A stretch of DNA of 64,000 nucleotides, taken from assembly GCF_964213995.1 (NCBI RefSeq), contig NW_027590274.1, forward strand, positions 372,001 to 436,000, given 5' to 3'. The position numbers were made by a program, and so were the translations under genes. This stretch comes from Mustelus asterias. Taxonomy: Eukaryota. Below, piece after piece: positions 37,512-48,694 of this stretch (position 1 is its first letter; each line of letters begins with the position of its first letter). The notes beneath the pieces are model-generated. The model did no database searches. It was given only the letters and a program-made list of their open reading frames with translations, and was not told the DNA's origin.

Positions 37512-38656
37512 TTCATTAAGTTTTCTCATGTCGGGTGAAGAAATCTGCATGATTTCAGTTCGTTGCTCAACATTATCCGAACTTTGATGTGACAGCCAAA
37601 TTATTTTTGCTCTAACCTGAGCCTCAAATGCTTTCTGTAAAATAAGAAATGCTGATATCTCTTGACGCACTGACAGGAAAGAAACCTTTCGACTTTGACA
37701 ACGTGTACATATTCGCATGTCGTTCAGTCTACAACCGAATTTAATGGGTCTATCAGTGCAGAATGACATAATCACCATCTGGAACATGACAAATAGTAGT
37801 GTGTGCTCAAAAAGACAGACACAAGTGATACTGTAAGTAAACCAGAGGAAATGGCGCACATTTCCCAGAAGAGTTTTTATATCGTTCTTCATAGCAAAAA
37901 TTTGGAAAAGCCACTGAAACAGATGAGGAAATCGAGACTCAGTGCGGATCTACTGGACTTTCCCATAGATGGCCGGAATTCATGCGTCTGAATGTTTCGC
38001 GCCCATGACAAAAAAAGGCTCAAGTGTAACTAAGAGATAATTCTTCAATCCCTTCCATTTAAATGTAATTGACTTTGTTTAAAAGCTGACTATGGTCATT
38101 CTCAAAATTGCGATCTGTATTACCCGGTGACTCGATTCATTTGGTGGTCAGTTATGTTTGCAATTGAGTGATATTCAATTTCAGAGATATTCAATTCATC
38201 ATGAAGACGTGTGTTAAATAATGCGTTGATACTAAATATTGAAACAAATACTGAGTACAATTGTACAATGAGCGTTGATGAAGTGTCATCTGGACACGAA
38301 ACGTCAGCTCCTTTCTCTTCTTACAGATGCTTGTGAGGTTTTCCAGCATTTCCTCTTTTGGTTTCAGATTCCAGCATCCTCAGTAATTTGCTTTTATTAC
38401 TGAGTACAATTGGTTGAGATTATTCGAAGAAAGATGAAAATTAATGAATGAGCCGAAATCTTTGCTCCCTTAGAAAAATGATGGACGAACGCTTTTAAAC
38501 TTTGACGTTAAAGTTAAGTTGAGCAATCAGGTTGAAAGTAACGGTTGTCTGCCGATTTAAGTGACATTGGCACTCAGTCGAACCATTGGAATCTGCAGCA
38601 ACACAGCGCAGTTGAACATTGCAGACAGGCCCATTTGTTTTAAGCTGTTGCCAGCT

Positions 38657-38718
38657 GTTTCTGTATTGTAGTGGTTATCACGTTCGCCTCACATGCGAAA
38701 GGGCCGCGGTTCGAAACA
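38657..38718 (+). pseudogene. tRNA-Val(CAC) pseudogene lacking the 3' stem strand
   Basis: gtttctgtattgtagtggttatcacgttcgcctcacatgcgaaagggccgcggttcgaaac; deletion between the two gaaac repeats. Confidence 0.85.
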
Positions 38719-41040
38719 TTCCTTAAACTTTTTCATGTCGAGTGGGCAAAATCCGTATGATTGCAGTTCGTTGCTCAAAATTATCCGAATCTCGATGTTA
38801 GAACCATATTATCTTTGCTCTGACCTCGGCAAATATTAACCGTAAAATAATTAATGCTGATAGTTTTTTGACAGACTCATTGTACAACAGAATTTAATGG
38901 GATTATAGGTGCAGACTAACATCGTGAATCACCATCTGAAACTTTTCTAATAGAAGACTGACACAAGTGATATTGTAAGTGATCTATGGGAAATGGCGCA
39001 TATTTGCCAGAAGATTCTTTTTTTAAAATCGTTCTTCACAACAAAGAAATAGGGGGGAAAAACACTCAGGCAGATGAGGGAATCGAGACTCATTGCGGAT
39101 CTACTGGACTTTCCTATAAAAGTGCATCACCCACCCTCCACCTCAACAGTGGAACTAAATGAGCCAAAACCTGAAATGAGAACTTGAATGTATATCTGTG
39201 CGACCGATGAGCGGAAATGGCAACTGAGATGACAGAATGACAGGTTTTCTGACAGATGTCACTTTCCATCAGCCCTCCAATCTATATCACTAAAATAGAT
39301 GACCTGATTATCACTTTGTTCTTTGTGGAGTTTGAAGTGCGCCTATTAACTGCCACGTCTCCTATATTAAGACAGTGATGAAAATTCGAAGACTTCTTTG
39401 GGTGTAAAGCTCTTTGTGAAGTCCTGATGTCATGAACGGCGGTATATAAATGGAAGTCTTTCTTTATTGCCCTTGAGAGACAGCGTGCGGATCAGAATCA
39501 GAAGATGGGATGGAAACGTTTACACTGAGTGCAGTTTTTACCGTTACGTCAAACTCAATATCAGGAGTTTCTTTCTCAGTATCTTTCTGACTCTGTATAT
39601 ATTCGTGTCACTCCATAGCTCTTCACCTCGACAACCCTATCTCTGAAGTTATTGTGTCCCTCACCATGCCTCTGCACAGGGAAGGCAGGTAGTGGAAGAA
39701 ATATTCAGACAAATTATGCAATAATAGTAATGGAGATTTATTTTGTCTCGTATTAATTCCATGCAAGAAGTCGGTAAAGGAGGTACCCGAATAGCTCCTA
39801 TGATTGGTTTTAGATGCTTATATAATCCGAAATGTTGGGAAAAAAACCAAGAAGGGAAGAGTTGTTATGTTATCTTGTAGTCGGGAAGAAAGCAGATTAG
39901 ATCAGAGAAATAACTGGAGGGGAACGTTCAGCAATACAGATCATACTTCCTCATTAAGAGCTTCGAGATGAGTAAGTGTTTGACGGAAAACAGCTAACCA
40001 CTTGATTCAGTGACAGGTATCCTGAACGGTACGCAGTGAACCAGAAAGTTTGAGTGATTCAGGTAGATGACTGAAAATTCAATAAAGAAACTCTCACGTA
40101 TGTTTGAGTTACATTGCTGGAACTAAGCTTCCCAGTGCTGCTCAAATTACGTTTGCATAAGGAATATGGAGTTTAGGGAACGCAGTTGATGAAAAGGTCA
40201 ATAATTGTCTTCGAATCCATACAGTGCAAAAGGAGGCCATCAGAACCTTCGAGTCTGCAGTGACTCTCCGACAGGGTATATTTTCCTGGTCCTCTCCTGC
40301 TCCATCACCGTAACCCCACAGATTTATCATGGCTATTTATTCTAACCAACAATTTTTTGACAAGTTAGCATGCTAAATGCATCTAACCTGCACATCATTG
40401 AATTGTCGGAGGAAAAGGGGCACCCCACACAGACACTGGGAGCATCTGCAAACTCCACGTAGCCTGGAACTGAACCCGGATTCCTGGAATTATGAGGCAG
40501 CAGTGCTAACCACTGTGACGCCACTGTACCAATTAATGACAGCCAAGCACGCACGATGGGGTGAATGGTCCATCGCAAGATCTGCAAATGTTCTGAATTT
40601 ACAGAATTTCTTTGGTGGTTTACACACTTCGCTGTGCGGAAGTGAGCAGTGAGGATAAGGTGGTGCTGCTCCATTGGATGACTGTCAATGAAACGCAAAA
40701 TACAGCCATGATCTGCTCCGCTACTTTTACCTTCACCGTCTTTGCCCGGGTGCAGACAGCAGCGGAATGAATCGTTTCAGTAATTGCTGATGGCGAGTAG
40801 TGGGGCTGATCAACAAGGAAGGATCACTGCTTAAATCTGGTGAACATTATCCATTTCCAAACAATCCAAGAGCGGAGAACACACGTGATCTTAAGTTTAT
40901 GTCGTTAACTTTAGCTGTTTCTTATTCACTCCGCCATTCTCATGGTCTCTACTAATGACGGATTCATTAAATGTGACAAATAGAAAGGGCACATTGATTG
41001 TCAGGTAGCAATGTGAAAACTCCGCAATGACGGTAAGTCA

Positions 41041-41056
41041 CGCCACCTGCTGGTGG
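41041..41056 (-). promoter_or_regulatory. CTCF consensus motif
   Basis: ccaccagcaggtggcg on minus strand, ~390 bp upstream of the plus-strand V leader. Confidence 0.7.
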
Positions 41057-41441
41057 TTTCGGGTAGCTTTGTTTGTCGAGTTTGTCAAACTCTGTTGTCA
41101 CCCTTTGAATTATTTGAATTAATTTCCAGTCATTTGATAGCGATAAGGAGGTTTACAAAAAATGAGAAGTTGGTATAACAGAGAGACGGAAGCAATGAGA
41201 CAGAGTTATGAGGAAAGTCACATGAGACACAGAAGGAACCAGAAAATGCGATTCTTTACAGCTCTCATTTATTGGCGGGGAATATCCATCAGTTCCGCCA
41301 ATCCTGTCTCTGGGAAATGCCCCTCAGTTTCTCAAAAAATAAAACCAGACTATAACAGGGGCTACCCTTTACACTGGATTGGAATCACCGGCAGAATTAG
41401 AGCATTTTGTTACTTTGTATCGAGATGTATACACGGAAACC

Positions 41442-41861
41442 ATGTGTTCTCCATGCTCCTCACTGATTATAATGATCTTGCTGCCCGGCGGGTCCATTAT
41501 TAAATGTTAACCATGTCATCCAGTGGTTATTTTTAAACCCTGACTTTTGAGCTAATCTGTATTTGTGTGACATGAATGAGTGGCAAAACTTCAGTGTTCC
41601 AGGCTCATTTCGAATTGACAATTCGGGAAGGACAGTGTGGACTGGACTGCAGTTACTTGATAATCTACACTACCCCCACTCTACTCTGGTACATGCAGTC
41701 TTCCGGGGAAGCTCCGAGATATTTGCTGAAGAAATATAGCTTAGGGGGTGAAGAAAGGTCCCCAAACCGAGGTTCTCTGCAGATTTGCTGAAGGGAAACA
41801 AAACAGTTCCTTTATATCTTCTGTCGGATACTGCCGTGTATTTCCGTGCCACACATCGATA
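41442..41861 (+). pseudogene. TCR alpha-type V pseudogene, opposite orientation
   Basis: 46-nt leader (MCSPCSSLIIMILLP), mutated donor and acceptor, SVFQ...LDCSY...LLWYMQSSGEAPRYLL, frameshift, RFSADLLKGNKTVPL, SDTAVYFRA (Cys to Arg), decayed RSS. Confidence 0.85.
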
Positions 41862-43044
41862 CATAGAGCGGATTCAGGAGACGAAACTCCCCAGAATGGG
41901 GGTTCCAGTTGGTGGGCAGAGGATGGCGCTGTCACACCGATAATTAGGGACAAGAATTAAACTCAGTGAGAGTCACAGGAATCTTCCGAAAAGAACAAAA
42001 TATAACCCCCCATAAGAAGAGGTGAGGGACACTTGCGGAATTGTATTAGTTGGTTTTAACTCGCGTTCATAATTAAACTCGCCTTTATAAATCTATTTGA
42101 ACTGTTTCGTTCACTTAGTGTTTTGAAGCTGTTTCCATGTCTCTCTGTAACATTAAACAACTCTTCCTCATCTCCCCTTTTAGATTTCTGGAGCCTTTGG
42201 CCCGAGACCAGTTCTCAGGTTTTTTTTTGATCAGAGTGTGCTGTTGGGTCAGAAACAGTTTATGAAAAATGAACAGATTTCAGAACTCATTGACTTTGAT
42301 CATTCAATTGAATTTCACAATGTTTCCCAAACAGTATTCAAATATTCATCTGATTTACAGAATCAAGGAGCAGCGACAAACAGATGAACAAGCCAGATAT
42401 GATAAGAAGTTTAATGCTACCCTGGTATCAGGTGGAGACAGTCAGGGGGATGTGGAAATTGGCTGCTCGGATTTGTTTGAGAAATCAAAGTCACAACATT
42501 ATGAAATGTGTTCCGGATGTGCAAGCTGTCTCGAATATAGCAATAGTGATCAAATAAACGCTATGAACAGCTCACCCTCAAAGGCCCAGAAACTGAAAAG
42601 GGAGATGGAGCGAATGGTGTTCAATATGGTAAGCAGGCATGGAAAAAGAAGAAAAGGACAAATAGGGACTTCGGGATCAGAGGACGTCCCACAAACATGG
42701 AGAACTATACGTCTGCTGTGTGTGTGGCGCTTCACGGCCAGGTTTGACGGATGTTTGGGATTTTATCACCCAGGGCTGATTTTAGAGGAATACAGAGTTG
42801 ATTAGTAGCAGAAGGGACGATTTAATTGACACATTCATTGTGTGATGGACTTGTCGGCCTAAAACGGTTCTGCAGTTTGTTTTCTCGGCCTCTCCTGGAA
42901 ATAGTTGGGTGACAGTTGATCCGAGGTGAATGTGGTTTCCTGTCGGTTTGTGTTTGAGCGGCTGACAGCGCCGCTGCTCATTGTGGCTGCATCTGCCAGA
43001 AGTTCTATACAGCAGCGAGGAGCTCTGACTTATCTTGCTGAGAC

Positions 43045-43083
43045 AGTTTTTGTACAGGACTCAGGCTGCTTTCCATCATTGTG
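43045..43083 (-). other. 23-RSS
   Basis: CACAATG - 23 nt - ACAAAAACT. Confidence 0.93.
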
Positions 43084-43542
43084 AGTCTGAAAGCGCAGTA
43101 ATACACGGCCGCGTCAGACAACTGCAGATCCGAGATAGTCAAACTGATGGATTTCTTCGGGATTTTGAGGTCAGTCGAGAAACGGATTTTAGCAAAATCT
43201 GCTTTATCTTCATTACCCTCCGAGTGCTTCCACAGTATGTACTCGGGCTGGGAGTCTGGATGCTGTCGATACCAGTATAATCTATAGATGGTTTCTGCAG
43301 TATCATAGTTGCAGTTTAATATCACCACGTCTCCTTCTGGCTTAACATCTGAGGACAGCGGCTGAGTGACAGAATCTCCATGGCTCAGACCTGGAAAATA
43401 TGTTCAAATAGATAGAGAAAAGAGTGATGTGTACTCAACAGTAAGATTCCACCCAAGTTTTGGAAATGAGAAAACTAACGTGATGCCCAGAAATACCTGT
43501 TAGAAATGCCCCCCACACAATCCAAATGACGAGCATCTTCAT
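43084..43542 (-). CDS. Intact TCR alpha/delta-type V gene segment (leader 43542-43497, V exon 43390-43084)
   Basis: MKMLVIWIVWGAFLTGLSHG-DSVTQPLSSDVKPEGDVVILNC...LYWYRQHPDSQPEYIL...SDAAVYYCAFR; GT-AG phase-1 intron; both Cys and Trp conserved. Confidence 0.95.
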
Positions 43543-44290
43543 TGTCTCTGTCCGCTCTGTGAAAGCGGAATTGGTTATTTGAAGACACCCATTCTAAATC
43601 CCCACCCTTAATAATCTGACGACATTTCTCAGAGGCTCATGCGTCAGTTCCGTGTCTCGCCAGTGGCACCGTGAAATTGGTAATTGCTCAGATGACTATC
43701 AGTGAATAGAAGCTCCCCAACCTGTACTACATTCGGTGTCACTGTTGGGCGAATTGTTCCGCTTTGGAAACGGGATGTCAAGAAAAAAACCTTCATTTTG
43801 TTATTGGAACGGAGGAGCAAGGAGTGTTGATACATTTGGTGGATTTCCAATCAATGTTCTGTGCACATTCTCTTAATTTTAGCATCCAAGCATTAGTGCC
43901 TGAGACTCAGTGAGAGTCCAGAGAACGGTGGAGGCTGTGGGCCACTGAATAATTTTAAAACTGAGTGAAACCAACATTTTAACGAAAATGTATGCCACGG
44001 TTCAAGAAGATCAAGGCAGAAAAGTGGATTTAAACGGAAAATCAGATGAACTGTAATCTGACTGAATGTTAGAGCAGATTTGCAGGCAGCCTAATTTTTA
44101 TGTTCGAATGTTGAGATATCGGTGGATGGGCTGTGAATACCATGCAATCTTCTTTGTTTTACTGAAGGTACAGAGAAATCAATCAATGAAGTCTCGTTGC
44201 CTGTATATTATTCCTGAGATAATGTAAAGCGTGTACTGTGGGTGCTGTCCTGAAAGCTGGCCATGCACTGTTGGAGAACAGATATCCACT

Positions 44291-44385
44291 CCATCTGACG
44301 AAGGAGCTGTGCTCCGAAAGCTTATGGTATTTGCTACCAAATAAACCTGCTGGACTTTAACCTGGTGTTGTGAGACTTCTTACTG
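44291..44385 (+). mobile_element. Short Penelope pLTR insertion with hammerhead motif
   Basis: ccat-CTGACGA-aggagctgtgctcc-GAAAGCTT-atgg followed by the family tail aataaacc...gacttcttact. Confidence 0.8.
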
Positions 44386-45149
44386 TCTGAAATCAGCAGG
44401 GTTAGGATAGGAAATTGTCATGGTGCAGCTAATTGTGACATTGCCGTTTCTTCAAAGGTCCACTCAGAGACAACCCGATGCACTGTGTGGTTGTGATCCC
44501 ATTCTGATATAATGTACTGGGAAGAGTCAACTTTAAGAACTTGCGCTTTTTCTTATTAATTATTATCAACATGGGGGTCACTGGACAAGTAGTTCAAGGG
44601 CCCAGAATAATGCTTTGGGAAAATTAGTTCAAATCCCACCATATCAAATCGTTATATTTCAATTCGATTTTGGAGAAAAATGGTCAAAATTTAAATTTAG
44701 AAAAGTCAAGGTTAAATTTAAATGTGATGAATTGATATTGAAAGCTAGTCGCATTGATGGTGCTGGAACGCTTTCACTGCAAATCCACCTAGTTCACTAA
44801 TGCACTTTGTGGAAGGAAATATGCCATCCTAGCGAGGCCTGGAATGTGTGTGATTGCAGAATAACAACAATATAACGAACTCTCAAATATCCCAGCCCGG
44901 TTCGAGGACAAAACGTGATGGACAGAAATATTGTCTTGTCACCGACGTCCAATTAATAATTTTAAAAAAGAGTTCATATCATTTGAATAATGGCAATGCC
45001 TGAGTTACAGCGGTCAGGAGAACAGCATATTCTTTACTTTCAATTGGGAAGGAAACGCTAAGTGAGAAGTGAGAAAATTGATGAGGAGAGGTCGGTTGTG
45101 GTTCTGCTTCCTTCTCCCCGAGTCTATGACTACAGTTCGGAAAAAATCC

Positions 45150-45358
45150 CCGTAACACTAAGGGGCAATTTAGCATGACCAATGCACCTAACCTGCAAAT
45201 TTTTGGACTGTGGGAGGAAACCGTAGCATCTGGAGAATACCCAGGTAGACACGGAGAGAACGTGCAAACTCCGCACAGACAGTCATCCAAGGCCGGAATT
45301 GTATCTGGGTTCCTTGCGCTGTAAGGCAGCAATGATAACCACTGTGCCACCGTGCCGC
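45150..45358 (-). mobile_element. HE1-type SINE
   Basis: gcggcacggtggcacagtggtta head and V-domain on minus strand. Confidence 0.8.
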
Positions 45359-46439
45359 TCATTTAGTAATGCAGGACACGTGAGGTGGGCCAGAGAGAGG
45401 GGGCGACACAGAGCAGAAAAAATAGACTGTGGACTTTGTTGCCAATAGCAACGGTATGCCAATGGTACCAGAGACATTGTCCGTGTCATTTCAAGTTTGG
45501 AGAAACATGTGACGACTGCGCCCTCTGACGGTGACTCAGGGTACGTGACACTGTCCGCAAGTGCAAGGTTGTCAATGGGCAGACTCCAGCGGTCTTTTAT
45601 TGAGAGACGTGTTTTCAAACAATTCAACTATGTAAACACACGCTAGGGAAATATAAATGAATTGAAAGAACAGTGCATTCTGTGTCATTTCTGAATCTCT
45701 TCCTTTCTGTCCTCCCCCCATCAGTTGGCTTTGTATTTCGCACTCGTAATGTCTCACTTTCTTTCATTTCTCCTTCCATACTTTTCAAATTTGTTGTCCT
45801 CTGCCTGTAATCCTAAGCAGAAAACGATTTCCAGAATTTTGACGCAAGGAACGGCGATATGGCTCAAAATGAGGATGGTGTGTGGCTTGAAGGGGTGCCG
45901 CAGAATGTGGTGTTCTTGTGCATCTGTTCCTCTTCTCCTTAGAGATGAAAGAGATTCCGGATTTCGAAGGTGCTATCGAAGCAGGGCTGACGGGTTAATT
46001 TAATCAAAGTTTCAAGTACATACATTAACTTATAATGGAAGACTGTGGTTTTGTTGGTTAACAAATAAGGATCATTGGACACCGTTATTTTTAAGAAGGT
46101 TTGTTTATTGCTGAGAAACGTTGCGCAAACCTGGTTATCCAGATTGCCGAGTGACATTGATTTATAGAGTCCACTCTCTAAGCCTCTTGTGTCGTCCACC
46201 TCCTCCTCTTCCAGTTACCATGCCCGAAGAGGGCATTGGTGACCATGGATGTCCATTTGATCGCTCTGTGATTTCAAAGTACTCCAGCGGTCTGTCATTG
46301 ACTTCTGCAGTATTGTTGACCAGGTATCGGTTCCGTTCCCATCACCTGCCATCAGCAATACTGAAAGGATTTACAGGCTGATAATCAACGTGTTGACCTC
46401 GTTAAGAACGTGACCATCAAGTTTGGTAGTTTGTGTTCT

Positions 46440-46970
46440 GTGGAACGAAGGGAACTTGGCGGGTTTGTCCACAGATGTCTGAAAGAGGAAGGGTATGTTA
46501 GTAGGGTGGTGAAAAGGGCATACGTGACACTTCACTTTGTCAATCATGATATAGGTTGCAAAAGCAGGGAACTCATGTTGGAACTGTGCAGAACTTTGGT
46601 GAGGCCACAGCTTGAGTACCGTGTGCAGTTCAGGTCGCCACATTCTCGGAAGGATGTGATTGCAATGCAGGGGGTGCAGAAGATATTTACCAGGATACTA
46701 CCTGGGATAGAACATTTAAGTTATGAAGCAAGGTTGGGTAGGCTTGGCTTGTTTTCGTTGGAGCAGAGAAAACTGAGGGGCGACCTGATCGAGGTGTACA
46801 AGATTATGAGATACACGGACAGAGTGGATAAAGAGCAGCTATTCCCCTTAATTGAAGGGTCAGTCACAAGGCGAAATAGGTTCAAGGTGAGGGACAGGAG
46901 GTTTCGGGGGAATGTGAGGAAAACCTGTTTACCCAGAGGGTGGTGACAGTCTGGAGTACGCTGCCTGGGG
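46440..46970 (+). mobile_element. CR1 LINE fragment
   Basis: LVRPQLEYRVQFRSP, LEQRKLRGDLIEV. Confidence 0.88.
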
Positions 46971-47046
46971 GGATTGCAAAATCTCTTTCCATCATTTTCT
47001 TCCAAGTCCCGCAGTTTGATTTGAAACAGAACAGCTTCTGTCTTTA

Positions 47047-47436
47047 GCTTCACCACAGACTCAAACTTCACCACAGACTCAAACTTCACCACAGACTCAA
47101 ACTTCACCACAGACTCAAACTTCACCACAGACTCAAACTTCACCACAGACTCAAACTTCACACACAGACTCAAACTTCACCACAGACTCAAACTTCACAC
47201 ACAGACTCAAACTTCACACACAGACTCAAACTTCACACACAGACTCAAACTTCACACACAGACTCAAACTTCACCACAGACTCAAACTTCACCACAGACT
47301 CAAACTTCACCACAGACTCAAACTTCACACACAGACTCAAACTTCACCACAGACTCAAACTTCACCACAGACTCAAACTTCACCACAGACTCAAACTTCA
47401 CCACAGGCTCAAACTTCACACACAGACTCAAACTTC
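47047..47436. repeat. Minisatellite, ~21 units of 18-21 bp (cacagactcaaacttcac)
   Basis: Direct inspection; ends in the ZNF-family first-exon sequence and donor ct|gtgagg at ~47455. Confidence 0.95.
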
Positions 47437-47802
47437 CTCCTCTGGCCAACATCTGTGAGGAAAACACTTTCTTTCTCCCTCTGGGAAATACAGAGACAGA
47501 GAAATTCTCTGGAACTGGAATTAGAGCTAAATATAGTGAGGGGGAAATGTTTGTGATTTTGTGGAACCTGTTTTTATTGTCTGAACTTTTAAAGTGTAAT
47601 TTATCTTGTCTATTCAAATACTGTTTCTTAATGCATGATTCAGTGATGTTAATTTTAGATTAATTTTTAAAGTAAAATTTAAAAAAAATGAAACATTGTC
47701 TTTCAGTTTATTCCATTGGGATTTGTGGGAATTTGTTTATTATAAGGTGACCATGAGGGTCGTAACAACATTGATATGTCTGGTGTTGTTATATGGTGCA
47801 TA

Positions 47803-48003
47803 TGATGTGGAGATGCCGGTGTTGGACTGGGGTGGGCCCAGTAAGAAGTCTCACAACACCTGGTTAAAGTCCAATGGGTTTATTTGGAATCACGAGCTTT
47901 CAAAGCGCTGCTCCTTCTCACCTGATGAAGGGGCAGCACTCTGAAAGCTTGTGATTCCTAATAAACCTGTTGGACTTTAACCTGGTGTTGTGAGACTTCT
48001 TAC
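47803..48003. mobile_element. Palindromic Penelope pLTR insertion with hammerhead motif
   Basis: TSD tatatggtgcata (47790-47802, 48004-48016); ~75-bp inverted arms; tcac-CTGATGA...GAAAGCTT-gtga at 47918-47954. Confidence 0.85.
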
Positions 48004-48694
48004 TATATGGTGCATAATAGGTATGTTATTTATGGATTTGTATTACAGTTGATGTTGTTTAATTCCAGAATAGTATTGTAACTACACTGTATATTTTCCA
48101 GTCAAAGAGTCAGCAGAGCACAAGATAAATCAATTCAGCAGCTTGAGTCCGTGCCAAGTCTCTGTCGGGGAATCCACTCAGTGCCATTTTTCCTCGCTAT
48201 CCCTGTTCCCCAGTATGTTTAATTCCTTCAAGTGCCCGACCAATTTTATTTTGAAATCACTGGTCGTCTCCACTTCCACCATTCCCATCGTCAGTGAGTT
48301 CCAGAACATGATTGCTTGCTCCCTAAGTCAAGTTCTTCCGCACCCATCTGTATCTCTAATCATGTAATAGAGTGCTGAATATTGCATACATTTTTACTTC
48401 ACTAAATATGCAAATTTTTGATATGCTTAGACACAAGCCTGTGTGAAGATTTCAGGAATATGTGTCCTGTACATGAAACAGTCAGCACGGATCTGTCGAT
48501 TAGGATGAATCAGCACCCTCAGGACAATGTCTATTTCAGGTCCAGCAAAGTGAGAATGGAGGGAGAGTGTTTGGGATGGAGATTTACAAATTTTCAAGAA
48601 TGAGAGGAAAGAATGTTCCACAGAAACTAGAATTGTCTGTTCTGAGTTTTTATCCTGGACTGGCAGCAATGATTTTTGTGAATTTCTTTCACAG

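Larger units (their letters stand above)
36355..39120 (+). repeat. Diverged ~1.2-kb tandem repeat (about 2.3 units) carrying tRNA-Val
   Basis: cagatgaggaaatcgagactc at ~36700, ~37920, ~39071; taaaataagaaatgctgat at ~36408 and ~37638. Confidence 0.88.

Noticed and set aside
40640-40790. Sixth V relic on the minus strand (SAAVCTRAKTVKV...AVFCVSL, gacagtc)
   Set aside because: No WYxQ motif, first Cys or nonamer could be found; too weak to call
28781-45600. D, J or C segments
   Set aside because: No nonamer-12-heptamer followed by FGxG and no C1 exon seen by eye; a formal RSS scan is still needed
47047-47436. CRISPR-like array or VKFESV-repeat protein
   Set aside because: No unique spacers and a eukaryotic context; the ORFs are by-products of an 18-bp minisatellite
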